DNA of 64,000 nucleotides from an uncultured candidate division Zixibacteria bacterium (GTDB lineage Bacteria; Zixibacteria; MSB-5A5; UBA10806; 4484-95): NCBI GenBank assembly GCA_963668625.2, contig CAXXKA010000008.1, positions 1,024,001 to 1,088,000 of the forward strand, read 5' to 3'. Shown piece by piece: positions 38,775 to 48,918 of this stretch (position 1 is its first letter; each line of letters starts with the position of its first letter). The notes under the pieces were generated by a model. It saw only the letters and a program-made list of their open reading frames with translations, ran no database searches and was not told where the DNA came from. The position numbers and the translations under genes were made by a program.

Positions 38775-39338
38775 ATGCCTAAAAGCAGGAATAATGAAGG
38801 ATTAAAAATGGCTCGTTTATTAATGGTATTGAGCAGCATTTCCCCCCTTTTTATTTTATGGGCAATTCGCGGTAATACTCTGGTACCAGAATACTATTTC
38901 TTTGGCTTTTGTGCAGCGATGGTAATATTGCCAAATTTATTCCTTTGGTTAAGAATTCACACAGCTCAAAAACTTAATGAACAAAGGGAAATAACAATTG
39001 GATCGGCTGAAGACCACAGAGACCATTTATTAGTTTATCTTTTTGCTATGTTATTGCCTTTTTATTCAGCGGATATGTGTTCATGGCGCGAAGTTGTTTG
39101 CGCATTAACAGCTCTTGGTTTTATTATCTATCTATTCTATCACCTAAATCTCCACTATATGAATATAGCATTTGCCGCTAAAGGTTATAGAGTATTTACT
39201 GTCTACCCGCCAAATGACGATAATCCTATAAGCGGCAAGACCAGTTTGGTATTAATTACTAAACACGTTTCTTTGTTCTCTGGACAAAAAATAAATGCTT
39301 ATAGACTCAGTAACACAGTATATTTTGAGAGGAATTGA
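38775..39338 (+). CDS. kwaA: Kiwa KwaA-like four-TM protein
   Basis: LSSISPLF, YLFAMLLPF and NIAFAAKGYRVF motifs with four hydrophobic segments; overlaps kwaB. Confidence 0.75.
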   Translation: MPKSRNNEGLKMARLLMVLSSISPLFILWAIRGNTLVPEYYFFGFCAAMVILPNLFLWLRIHTAQKLNEQREITIGSAEDHRDHLLVYLFAMLLPFYSADMCSWREVVCALTALGFIIYLFYHLNLHYMNIAFAAKGYRVFTVYPPNDDNPISGKTSLVLITKHVSLFSGQKINAYRLSNTVYFERN

Positions 39339-40243
39339 TGACATTAGATTTCGATATTGAAAAAATCGAGATTGTTGAATTCGGTGTTGGTATTGATGAA
39401 GTACAAAACCAGTCTTTTAACTGCATTACAGTTGATATAAACGTTCAGTTCGCCTTAAAGGAAATGATTATTTCAACTTGGGATACTTTACAGTCCAATA
39501 ATGATAATCCTGGAATTTTTGAAGCCTCCGAAAAATATAACACTACAGAGTATATTTATTTGCCTCTTTGTGATAATTTAGCAGAGAAACTAAAACAGTT
39601 GCACGAATCAGAGAATCTTGAAATCGATAACACAATATTAGATGATCCTTCCAATTTATATTGCTATTTCACGCGTATGTTAGATACACAAGGTAGGCGA
39701 CTTACAGCAATTCGGCGCGCGACTCAATTTAAAGGAGTCTTAAAAAAGCGCCTTGTTAGGCTTGTTACAGATGCCTTAAAGATAATTGACGACAAAGTAT
39801 TTAAACTTGATAATGATTTTGATCTGCTTATTGATTCTTCTAATATTCATATTTTAAGGCCTAGCGGTTTTGAATTTGTATGTCATTTGCAAACTGCTAT
39901 TCTTGCAGCCGTGGAGAAAAATATCAATAAAATTAAAAAAGATTTGCCTTACGTAGATTTTTCTTCAATTCAAGAATTTGCTGGTAAACATACTCGTGCA
40001 GCTAGGTATTTAGCTTCAATTCGTTCACAAGATATAAAGAACACTGATGCAAGCGCTTTAAGGAAGCTATGTAAAAATACAAATGTTGATGTTCGAACTG
40101 TAAAAGGCAAAATAACAGTTGAAAAAAAAGATATAATGGGATTCTTAGAAGTCCTAGACAGACGTAGATATGAAGTGACATTAGTAAAAGGCTCGCCAGA
40201 ACGTTTTAGAGCGCCAAGTAGAAAAAAATTACCCAGGCAATAA
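39335..40243 (+). CDS. kwaB: Kiwa KwaB-like (DUF4868) protein
   Basis: VFKLDNDFD...HIL...FEFV...FLEVLDRRRY, typical of KwaB; paired with a 4TM gene. Confidence 0.78.
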   Translation: MMTLDFDIEKIEIVEFGVGIDEVQNQSFNCITVDINVQFALKEMIISTWDTLQSNNDNPGIFEASEKYNTTEYIYLPLCDNLAEKLKQLHESENLEIDNTILDDPSNLYCYFTRMLDTQGRRLTAIRRATQFKGVLKKRLVRLVTDALKIIDDKVFKLDNDFDLLIDSSNIHILRPSGFEFVCHLQTAILAAVEKNINKIKKDLPYVDFSSIQEFAGKHTRAARYLASIRSQDIKNTDASALRKLCKNTNVDVRTVKGKITVEKKDIMGFLEVLDRRRYEVTLVKGSPERFRAPSRKKLPRQ

Positions 40244-40601
40244 AGGTAAATTATGTGGAAAGAAGCTTTTCGATATTAACATGTAGACATTGAAAAAAGT
40301 TTATAAGACAGATATTAGTTTTAATTTATAAGGCGATTTTGTTAGCAACTATGTAGATTAGAATTTTTTTAATAGTTAGATGATTTTTAAATTCTCTATT
40401 TTTTACATCTTGGGAGAACTTATTATTTAGGGCCTAAATATTAAAACCATTCGGGGATATGGCAAAAAAATTATAGTATAATAATATACGGTAGAAAGCA
40501 TTTATACGTTATTTTATCTGATGCCAGCATATATAGTTTAAATTAAGCATAGCTTGGGATTCGAGGAAAATTGTTGTCTAATTAATATTGAAAGGTGATT
40601 T

Positions 40602-41900
40602 ATGGATGTGGTGATTGACCATACTAGTTTACACTCATTAAGCAACCGGAAAATACCCATGGAATATATTGGAAAGAGATCTCGTGAAATTATGCAATTT
40701 GTAGAATTATATCTACTTTCAGGTAATATTTGGCTTATCGATAAATCTAAAGATCTATCGAAAGGTGAAACAACCGAAATATATAATATGTTAAGCAAAA
40801 ATGAAATGACCATTAACAATAAAGGTAAAATAGGCATATATAATTTAAATATCAATGACTTAAAAAAAGCACATACATTAGCAGCACCTTTAATATTTGA
40901 GTCTTTAAACCAGTTGAAAAGTACGGATTGGAAAGAAATTCAACAACCAAGAGGGGTATTTTTAAGACCTGGTAATATGCCAGTAGTAGATATAGAAAAA
41001 ATTGCAAGAATACCATATGGGAGCGATAGGGCTGAGGAGTTTATTCATGATGCGTTTTCAGATTGGGGCGATGAAAAATCTACTTCGGCGGTAATATTGA
41101 TGAATTCATTATTATATGATTGGGTGAGAAATTTCTATAAAGAAAAAACGAACTATGGATCACATTCATTATCCTATATTAATACAATTATTCGGTGGAA
41201 AATTAATGAAAAATTAGCTTCGTTCGCAAAGTTTAATAATATAGATAATAAATATATATCCCGAGGTAGATATGCCCCCGCCCATGGCAGAGCAATATTA
41301 CTGAAAGAGCATGCAAGGATAGTTTGGAAAAATAATATTGAAAAACTAGATGCTTCATTGTTAAATTCAATAAAAAGAAGATTGGGGAAAGATTCTTGGA
41401 ATGAACTTATAACTTTTTTAGGGCCAACTTTAAATTCTGAACTTCCTTTTATAGGTTTATGGTTTTTACATCAACTTCCTCGGAATCCATCACTTGAAAC
41501 ATTGTTTGAATATTTAAATTTATATAAGGATCGTAAAGAGATAAATGTATTAAGGAAATACTTATCAGATGAATATACGGATGACTATGAAATCCAACAA
41601 GTTTCAAATGAGCTTAACAAAAAGCTTGGATATAAACATCAACCTATACAATCTAATATTCGTTGGATTGTAAGTACTAGATTCCCGTTTCTAGAGCTAA
41701 AAACGGAAAAACAATTGCCCGAAGAATTACTTTCTATTAGATCGGCTGATGATTTAAAAAAGATTCTACGCCGAATAGGAAGGAGAATGAAAAAAACAGA
41801 GGAAGCAACATTGCTTTTTAATATAATTAAAGATTTCTATCCAAATGAGGAAGTTATGAAAAATACATTTGAAAAAATGCAATCCATAATAAATAGTTAA
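40602..41900 (+). CDS. Hypothetical protein, 432 aa, AT-rich
   Basis: GAAAGGTG SD, long ORF in the defence cargo; no motif recognised. Confidence 0.65.
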   Translation: MDVVIDHTSLHSLSNRKIPMEYIGKRSREIMQFVELYLLSGNIWLIDKSKDLSKGETTEIYNMLSKNEMTINNKGKIGIYNLNINDLKKAHTLAAPLIFESLNQLKSTDWKEIQQPRGVFLRPGNMPVVDIEKIARIPYGSDRAEEFIHDAFSDWGDEKSTSAVILMNSLLYDWVRNFYKEKTNYGSHSLSYINTIIRWKINEKLASFAKFNNIDNKYISRGRYAPAHGRAILLKEHARIVWKNNIEKLDASLLNSIKRRLGKDSWNELITFLGPTLNSELPFIGLWFLHQLPRNPSLETLFEYLNLYKDRKEINVLRKYLSDEYTDDYEIQQVSNELNKKLGYKHQPIQSNIRWIVSTRFPFLELKTEKQLPEELLSIRSADDLKKILRRIGRRMKKTEEATLLFNIIKDFYPNEEVMKNTFEKMQSIINS

Positions 41901-42082
41901 GAATTATTCAAGAGTAATACGGAATACGTTTAAAGATATATTATCTAAATAGTTATGAGCCGAGGATTTTTTCTATATTGGGTATTAGCTTATTTTATTC
42001 TACATACAGAAATATTAGAATTTGTATACATAATACCAATATAGGTCTAGTAGGCGTATAAATTAAGGTTAATAATTTATAC

Positions 42083-42110
42083 TTGACATCTTAATCTTTC
42101 CTGCTATATT
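42083..42110 (+). promoter_or_regulatory. Promoter of the seven-gene operon
   Basis: TTGACA, 16 bp ending TGC, TATATT (extended -10); about 300 nt before the first ATG. Confidence 0.55.
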
Positions 42111-42409
42111 AGAAGTCGCATTATCAAGGGGCTCAAGTCTGCTCCAGCATTATCATTTAAAAGTATTATCAGGTTTTGGTTTAAAGGTTAGTAAGGGGAT
42201 CTTAGATACATATGGGTATACATCATCAGGAATTATCAGAGGGATAAGCCAAAGATAATGTTGGGGCAATAGATATTCTACTTAATGTCCTTGTAAAGTA
42301 AGAAATACCAACAAAAATTGGTTAATTTGAATTATAGCGCTACTTAAGTTAAGTATAAGTAGAGCAAGCGGGAATAAAACAATACAAATTATCTAGAATA
42401 GGAGGAAAT

Positions 42410-43426
42410 ATGTTAGGAAATCGGCACTTGATTAACAGGAAGCTTGCTGTGGCTTTAATATTGCTTACAACCCTGCTTTATATATTTTGCTGCTCTAATG
42501 GAAATAAGCCTAGACTAAATGAAATTACAATTGCCCAATGGGGCCAAGAAAGATATTTGATTTATCTGCCATTATACTTAGCTGAAGAAGAGGGATTTTT
42601 TGCAGCACAAGGGATAGATATCAAGATTAAGTTTTCTGGTAATGATGACCAAGTATTCGCATCAGTTTTAAAAGGCGAAGCTAGTTTTGGGGTAGGTGAT
42701 CCAGTATTTACAGCAATCTCACGAGAAAGAGGAGCTAAAGGTAAGGTGGTGGCATCCATTGTTGATGGGGTTGCAATTTGGGGAGTAACAAACAATCCGA
42801 ATATTGGAAAAATCACTAGTAAAGAAGATTTAAGAGGGCTAAAAGTCGGTACATTTCCTGAACCATCTACGAACTATACTCTCATGAAAAATACCATACT
42901 TGAAGGCGGAGATGATCTTAAGGACACAAAAATCGTACAAGCTCCTATTGGAGCGCAAATTGCTTTGATTGAAAACGGTGCAGCCGATATAGCTATGGAA
43001 CTTGAACCGGGGACATCAATTGCTGAGAGCAAAGGGTATAAAGTTGTGTATTCATCTCCAGAATTCTACGGGCCTTTTGCTTTTACGGGCTTAACTACGA
43101 CAGAGGGGTATATTCAATCGAATCGTGACATGGTTCAAAAAGTTGTATCAGCAATTGAAAATGCTTTGCAATTTGCCCACCAAAATGAGCAACAGACGAT
43201 TGAAATTGCTCAGAAATTGTTCCCAGGATTAGAGAAAAACGTAGTTGCCATTGCTGTTACACGAATGCTTAGTGAAAAGACTATACCCCAACATGCTGTA
43301 ATGAGTAGTGAAGCTTGGCAAAAAGCTCTTCAAATCAGACTACAAGTTGGTGATCTAAAAGAAATCCAATTAACAGAGGAATCCGTTGATAATTCTTTTG
43401 CTGAATCCGCACAAGCTAATGAATAA
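42410..43426 (+). CDS. ABC substrate-binding lipoprotein, NMT1/SsuA/TauA family
   Basis: Signal peptide ending IFCC; YLPLYLAEEEGFFAAQGIDI, DLRGLKVG; AGGAGG SD. Confidence 0.9.
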   Translation: MLGNRHLINRKLAVALILLTTLLYIFCCSNGNKPRLNEITIAQWGQERYLIYLPLYLAEEEGFFAAQGIDIKIKFSGNDDQVFASVLKGEASFGVGDPVFTAISRERGAKGKVVASIVDGVAIWGVTNNPNIGKITSKEDLRGLKVGTFPEPSTNYTLMKNTILEGGDDLKDTKIVQAPIGAQIALIENGAADIAMELEPGTSIAESKGYKVVYSSPEFYGPFAFTGLTTTEGYIQSNRDMVQKVVSAIENALQFAHQNEQQTIEIAQKLFPGLEKNVVAIAVTRMLSEKTIPQHAVMSSEAWQKALQIRLQVGDLKEIQLTEESVDNSFAESAQANE

Positions 43427-44270
43427 CAGGAAAGATCAAGTGAAAAATACTTTTTCATTACTAACTAAATATAAAGCAATAATTGCTTCTTTGACTGTAA
43501 CCTTAATTGGCATAATCCTAATAGCTATACCTATAGTATATAATTCAGAAAATTTTTGGATTATATTATCTCAAAGGATTGGTATTGTATTATTGACTTC
43601 AGCTCTAATTTCTTTCATCTTTGGATTTTTTTTCAGGCAAAATTTTCAAGAAGACATGGTATCTAAAGTAAAATCTGAGCTTAAAAACTACTTTGAAACT
43701 AATAACTCTATAAAAGAATCAGGGATCTTAGAATTTCATCGAAACTTACCTATTCAAGATGTTGTTAATAGTATGTCTAGATCTTCTACAATTAAAATTC
43801 TTCAAACATGGATTCCTGATTTATATCACTTTGAAAAGCCTTTTAGGGAGGTAGTAGAAAGGGGTGGTTCGGTTGAGATTCTTCTATTAGATCCTAGATC
43901 GAATTATGCTAAGCAAAGAAGTAAGGACTTAGAGTACCCAAATGATCAGTATGCATCCGATGCTATAAAGGCCAATATAACTGATCTCTCAAGATATTGT
44001 TCTTTAGGAAATATTAAAAACAAAATAAAAATAAAGATGTATTCATGTTTACCTTCAATTCAAGTGTATTGTTGTGATGAAAAAGCTTTTATAGGATTCT
44101 ATATGCACAAAAACCAATCGACTCAATCTCCTCAACTTGAAATCCTAATGCCGCATTCAGTTATGGGATCTCGGATTGCTGAAGAATTTAACATACTTTG
44201 GAAGAGTTCGAAATCAATTCATATTAGCGAATGGCTTGCTGATGAAATAGATACCAAGTCAGCGCTTTAG
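43419..44270 (+). CDS. Two-TM protein with DUF5919/PLD-like cytoplasmic domain
   Basis: Two N-terminal hydrophobic helices; VEILLLDP...R...IKMYSCLP...D...IGFY...P.LEI...F..LW; start taken at ATG 43419 overlapping the SBP stop. Confidence 0.6.
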   Translation: MNNRKDQVKNTFSLLTKYKAIIASLTVTLIGIILIAIPIVYNSENFWIILSQRIGIVLLTSALISFIFGFFFRQNFQEDMVSKVKSELKNYFETNNSIKESGILEFHRNLPIQDVVNSMSRSSTIKILQTWIPDLYHFEKPFREVVERGGSVEILLLDPRSNYAKQRSKDLEYPNDQYASDAIKANITDLSRYCSLGNIKNKIKIKMYSCLPSIQVYCCDEKAFIGFYMHKNQSTQSPQLEILMPHSVMGSRIAEEFNILWKSSKSIHISEWLADEIDTKSAL

Positions 44271-44295
44271 TTCAAGTTTATTTGAGGGGACCATT

Positions 44296-45825
44296 ATGAA
44301 AAGATCATTAAATGTTGCGATATCAACCGACACTATACTCTATGCTCCTTTCTATCTGGCGTATTTTGGTAATGATTTTGATGATACCCCATTTGGACCT
44401 GTAGATGTTAGAATAGTCGGCTTAGACGATGATAGGTTTGACTCGTCGAAAAAATTAAGAGGTGATAACTTTGTAGTACTTAGTCTGCTGTTTGATTACG
44501 CCGATGTTGGAATTGGTGATCCCTCGATATTAATTGATTTATCTCGATCGCCCAAAAAACACATACCACTTGTAGAAGATTTCTCAAGTTTCTTACAAGA
44601 AGATGAAAAAAAGAAATTCATGGAAAGTTTTGAAATACCAGCGATTATTAGAGATCCAGATTTAGATAAATTTTCAGGATTCTTAAAAGAAAAAGACCTC
44701 AAAATAGTTGGTGGTTTAGTATCAAAGCTTGCTTTTATCGTTGTTGGTAACAATAACTTAATACCAAGCCATAATTCTGATCCACCTCATGAAATTGGCG
44801 GGATCTTTGGGGCTTTAATGCCTGATGCAGAAAAAAGCATTAAAAAAATTATATCCTATGATTACCCATCGACAGGCTTTTGCATAGGAAAGATAATAAA
44901 TAATCAAATTCCAACACAAATAGAGTTTAAACATAAAGATTTCGGACAGGAATTATCTAATATTGATAAAAATCAAATTTCGATATCTTGTGATTTTGTA
45001 GCAATTAATAAAAGAGCATCCCAAAATGAGTTTGTATCTTTAGAAGATTATATAGCTCATTCATCTAACATTACTTTCACCGGAATTATGGCTAGAAATA
45101 ATGATAACAAAATTCAGCAAATTAAAGCTTTTTTGTGGGCAATAGATAAAAACTTACATGAAATTTTTCAATACATTAATCAAGGCGATAAAAATGGTAT
45201 GAAAATGTACTTTCAAGAGAGATTAAAAAGACATAAAGATTTTAAGCAGGTGTTAGTAGCTGATAGTGAATTCGCTGAAGATTCATCAAATGATATTAGC
45301 AAATTAATTAATACTTTCATTGATAATTTGTTCAAATGGAAGCGTAAAAGTAGTAAGTATCTTTTTTATAGCACTGTTAAGCCAATTTCTTTAGATATCT
45401 GTAGAATGTATAACATAAGGCTTCGATCAGCTAGTGATGATGAATTAGATCTTAAAAATAATGAAAATGAATCAATGAAGATAATAGATAGTTATATAAA
45501 AAATTTATCCTCAGATTGGGATAAAATTCAGGAACTAATTTTAAATAGAAAAGATAAATGGTGGTGGAAAGTACTATTGAAAGATCAAAAAAGTATTTTT
45601 TACACCTCCACTTTAATTATCATCATCGGAATTGTAAGTACTATTTTAAGTATTTTTGATTGGAAGTTTCCAATAAAATTTCACTATGCCTATATTATAT
45701 TAGTGTTGGTGATCTTTATTCCGTTATGGTATATTATTAATTCTGCATATCACCAAAAATACGAAAAATATGTATACAAAGATTTAAACCAGGTCAAAAC
45801 AGACAATACTAAAAATAAACATTAA
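44296..45825 (+). CDS. Signal-less NMT1/SsuA-like ligand-binding domain fused to two C-terminal TM helices
   Basis: Collinear matches to the SBP at 42410: LYAPFYLA/IYLPLYLA, GIGDP/GVGDP, YPSTG/EPSTN, FTGI/FTGL; no leader; two hydrophobic helices near the C-terminus. Confidence 0.7.
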   Translation: MKRSLNVAISTDTILYAPFYLAYFGNDFDDTPFGPVDVRIVGLDDDRFDSSKKLRGDNFVVLSLLFDYADVGIGDPSILIDLSRSPKKHIPLVEDFSSFLQEDEKKKFMESFEIPAIIRDPDLDKFSGFLKEKDLKIVGGLVSKLAFIVVGNNNLIPSHNSDPPHEIGGIFGALMPDAEKSIKKIISYDYPSTGFCIGKIINNQIPTQIEFKHKDFGQELSNIDKNQISISCDFVAINKRASQNEFVSLEDYIAHSSNITFTGIMARNNDNKIQQIKAFLWAIDKNLHEIFQYINQGDKNGMKMYFQERLKRHKDFKQVLVADSEFAEDSSNDISKLINTFIDNLFKWKRKSSKYLFYSTVKPISLDICRMYNIRLRSASDDELDLKNNENESMKIIDSYIKNLSSDWDKIQELILNRKDKWWWKVLLKDQKSIFYTSTLIIIIGIVSTILSIFDWKFPIKFHYAYIILVLVIFIPLWYIINSAYHQKYEKYVYKDLNQVKTDNTKNKH

Positions 45826-45827
45826 AA

Positions 45828-46613
45828 ATGATACACTTTAAGAGAGATTATCGCAGCTTGAGTTCATACATTAGCGAAAGAGATACTCAGCGAAGAAAAA
45901 AGCAGATTGAAATTCTAGAGAAAGTATTTATAAACAGTTTTGGAAAGACTGTTAATTTTATTATGTATTGGGGAGCCGGAGAAAAAAGGCGAGCTACAAA
46001 AGAGGATATACAGGCGATATTATTTGTATTTGGAGCATTAAAAACTATAGAACGAAGTTATAATCTTAAATGCGATCTAATTATTATTTTTACTGATACA
46101 CATGCTTATTTAAATGGTTATAGTCACGAACAAACGTTGGATTATTTTTCTGATATAATAGAATCATTAAATATAGTGAATTTCAATCACATAAAGATGT
46201 CAGACTTAATAAAGCCAATACTTAAAGAAGAAGGTATCAATAATGTTAATAAATTAATTGATAACATTATTAATAAATGCAATAAATGTGAAAATATGAA
46301 TTCACTGCCACTGCCTCGAAATATCCGTTTTGAATATATGGCAAAATCTGCTAAAAGATATTCTAAACGGGTGAGTTTTACTCAATCCCATTCATTGATA
46401 TTTAATTCTCCTGAATCATCAGCTAATGCTTACATACAACTGAATCTTAAGGAGAGAATAATTGTTAAAGAGAAGTTTCAGAAATCAATCTTTATTACTT
46501 ACGTTTCAGAAGCAGAAGATTTCTTACTACCGAGCCTACCTATAATGAGAGTATTTTCTGTCCGTAAAGGATTCCGCTCCAGGCCTTGGTTTATTAAAGA
46601 AGAAATGGAGTAA
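45828..46613 (+). CDS. Rossmannoid (HUP-like) enzyme, distantly PvcA/Dit1 isonitrile-synthase-like
   Basis: Order FIMYWG...AIL...IERSY...LIIIFTD...G...Y...MSDL and terminal RPW resembles the PvcA layout; weak, by-eye similarity. Confidence 0.4.
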   Translation: MIHFKRDYRSLSSYISERDTQRRKKQIEILEKVFINSFGKTVNFIMYWGAGEKRRATKEDIQAILFVFGALKTIERSYNLKCDLIIIFTDTHAYLNGYSHEQTLDYFSDIIESLNIVNFNHIKMSDLIKPILKEEGINNVNKLIDNIINKCNKCENMNSLPLPRNIRFEYMAKSAKRYSKRVSFTQSHSLIFNSPESSANAYIQLNLKERIIVKEKFQKSIFITYVSEAEDFLLPSLPIMRVFSVRKGFRSRPWFIKEEME

Positions 46614-46619
46614 AAAAGT

Positions 46620-48170
46620 ATGTGTGGAATTGCCGCTATCTATTCACAAGAACAAGAATTACCCAATGATATTGAATTCATGTTAAATAAAATTTCTCAT
46701 CGAGGAGAGAATCAACCTAATAGTATCTCCTTAGGCAATTGTTGGCTGGGAACAGCTAGATTAAAAATAGTAGATAGGGATAAAGGAATTCAACCAATGC
46801 TAAACGAAAATAGCACTATTGGTGTTATTTTTAATGGAGAAATCTATAATTATTTGGCTTTAAAAGAAAGATTAATTGCAAAAGGGCATTCATTTAACAC
46901 TAATTGCGATACAGAGATAATTGCACATTTATATGAAGAATATGGAATCAATTTCTTAGCGATGTTGGATGGTATGTTTGCATTTGTTTTATACGACAGT
47001 ATAAAACAAAATTTGTTAGTAGCAAGAGATTATTTTGGGGTAAAGCCTCTATATTATGCTAAAAATAACAATTCTTGGTTTTTTGCTTCTGAGATGAAAG
47101 CATTAGTTGACTTAGAAATTGAAACCATTGAAGAACTACAACCTGGGAATTATATCTTTAAAAACACCATTGGTCATTATTATCACCTAGTGGATGAACC
47201 TATGGAAAGTATTTCTTTTAATGAGGCAAAATATGAGGTTCGGAAACTAATTGAAGATGCTGTTTGTAAACGAGTTCAAACAGACTTACCAATAGGTGTT
47301 TTATTCGGCGGGGGAATTGATAGCACAATAGTGCTGTTATTAGCTCTTAAGTTCAATCCAGATGTTACCGCTCTTATTATAGGGAATGATGACTCTCCCG
47401 ATTATATTTATGCTAATCGAGTTTGTGAAGACTTAAACATTCCAGCTCTTAGGCGCACATATAGTATTGAAGATGTATATGCTCTAATTCCCAAAATAGT
47501 TGATGTTACCGAGAGTTACGAACCCAATGTTGTAAGTGGTTCGGTTCTTTCATTTTTATTATGCCAAATGGCAAAAGAACATGGATATAAATTACTGCTA
47601 TGCGGGGAGGGGTCCGATGAAATATTCGCAGGCTATGGAGATTTTTTATTCAAATCGGATGATGAAATTAAAAAAGGTATATTGAGGCTGCTCGCAGATT
47701 TACATCGGACTCAACTTCAGAGAGTAGATAGAACATCAATGAATTTTACTATTGAGGTTAGAGAGCCACTATTAGATAGAAAGCTTGTAGATTTTGCACT
47801 GAAATTACCTCCAAGATTTAAAATAGGCAAGAATAGCCAGGGGAAATCAACAACAAAATTAATTCTTCGAGAAGCCTTCAAGGATATTCTACCTGATTAT
47901 ATATATACTAGAGAAAAGCAAACACTAATGGATGGAGCTGGCATTGGCAAGGTAGATAGGGAATGCGGTTTGCTATACAGTTATGCTAATTCTACTATTT
48001 CCGATGATGAATATAACAGTTGGATAAGAGAATACCCCGAATACAACTTAGCAACAAAAGAAGATGTTCATTATTTTAGACATTTCAGCAGTAGGTATTT
48101 GAAAGCGAAGTTTGCTCAAATTAGGCCATATCATGCGCAGAAAGAAATAGCTGTAAATGAATCAAATTAA
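46620..48170 (+). CDS. AsnB-like glutamine amidotransferase / amide synthetase
   Basis: MCGI (Ntn Cys), HRG, NGEIYN, DGMFAF, ARDYFGVKPLY, FGGGIDS, GEGSDEIFAGY, EVREPLLD. Confidence 0.9.
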   Translation: MCGIAAIYSQEQELPNDIEFMLNKISHRGENQPNSISLGNCWLGTARLKIVDRDKGIQPMLNENSTIGVIFNGEIYNYLALKERLIAKGHSFNTNCDTEIIAHLYEEYGINFLAMLDGMFAFVLYDSIKQNLLVARDYFGVKPLYYAKNNNSWFFASEMKALVDLEIETIEELQPGNYIFKNTIGHYYHLVDEPMESISFNEAKYEVRKLIEDAVCKRVQTDLPIGVLFGGGIDSTIVLLLALKFNPDVTALIIGNDDSPDYIYANRVCEDLNIPALRRTYSIEDVYALIPKIVDVTESYEPNVVSGSVLSFLLCQMAKEHGYKLLLCGEGSDEIFAGYGDFLFKSDDEIKKGILRLLADLHRTQLQRVDRTSMNFTIEVREPLLDRKLVDFALKLPPRFKIGKNSQGKSTTKLILREAFKDILPDYIYTREKQTLMDGAGIGKVDRECGLLYSYANSTISDDEYNSWIREYPEYNLATKEDVHYFRHFSSRYLKAKFAQIRPYHAQKEIAVNESN

Positions 48171-48918
48171 AATTGAACTAAAAAACATAAGCAAAAAATA
48201 TAAATCACCACCGCCACAAGGCACTGAAATATTTCGAAATTTAGATATGACTATTTATGAAGGAGAATTTTTGTGTATTGTTGGTCCTAATGGATGCGGA
48301 AAATCAACGTTATTTAATATTATATCTGGGCTTGAAGCGATAAACTCTGGTGAGGTAAATATTTCAAAATCATCAAAGAAGAATAATAGTATTGGGTATA
48401 TGATGCAGCGAGATCTATTACTTCCCTGGAGAACAGCTTATCAAAATATTATGTTAGGATTAGAAATTCAAGGTAAAATAAATCATAATAATGAAAACAT
48501 TATTAATAACCTTATACAGGAATTAAAGCTTGAAAGGCAAGCAAATTCCTATCCTTCGACTCTTTCAGGTGGTGAGTGCAGAAAAATAGCTTTAATCAGG
48601 ACTTTAGTTACCGATCCAGACATTCTACTTTTTGATGAGCCTTTGTCAACAATTGACTACGATGCTCGCTTGGATATTGAAAGAGCACTATATTCATTAG
48701 TTAAAAAACAAAATAAAACTATATTATTTGTTACTCATGATATTGATCAGGCTATTGCGATGGGTGATAGAATCATTATTTTCAATCAGATACCCAAAGG
48801 TATTAAGTCAGAGCACATAATTGATTTAGAAATAACCGATCGTGATCCAATAAAGGCTAGAGAAAGTACAAAATATGTTGAGTATTTTAGCCAAGTTTGG
48901 AGAGATTTTCCAAAATGA
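48157..48918 (+). CDS. NitT/TauT-type ABC ATPase
   Basis: GPNGCGKST, LLLPWRT, LSGGE, LLFDEP, VTHD. Confidence 0.93.
   Translation: MNQIKIELKNISKKYKSPPPQGTEIFRNLDMTIYEGEFLCIVGPNGCGKSTLFNIISGLEAINSGEVNISKSSKKNNSIGYMMQRDLLLPWRTAYQNIMLGLEIQGKINHNNENIINNLIQELKLERQANSYPSTLSGGECRKIALIRTLVTDPDILLFDEPLSTIDYDARLDIERALYSLVKKQNKTILFVTHDIDQAIAMGDRIIIFNQIPKGIKSEHIIDLEITDRDPIKARESTKYVEYFSQVWRDFPK

Noticed and set aside
42225-42300. SAM-I riboswitch (TTATCAGAG...GATAA)
   Set aside because: The conserved GAGGGA-x-GGCCC and GCAACC core and P3/P4 helices are missing.
35721-43426. Thiamine pathway (ThiS + ThiF + NMT1/THI5-like SBP)
   Set aside because: No thiG/thiE/thiC or TPP riboswitch was seen, the Ubl is linked to E2 and JAB genes, and the SBP is in a separate operon on the other strand.
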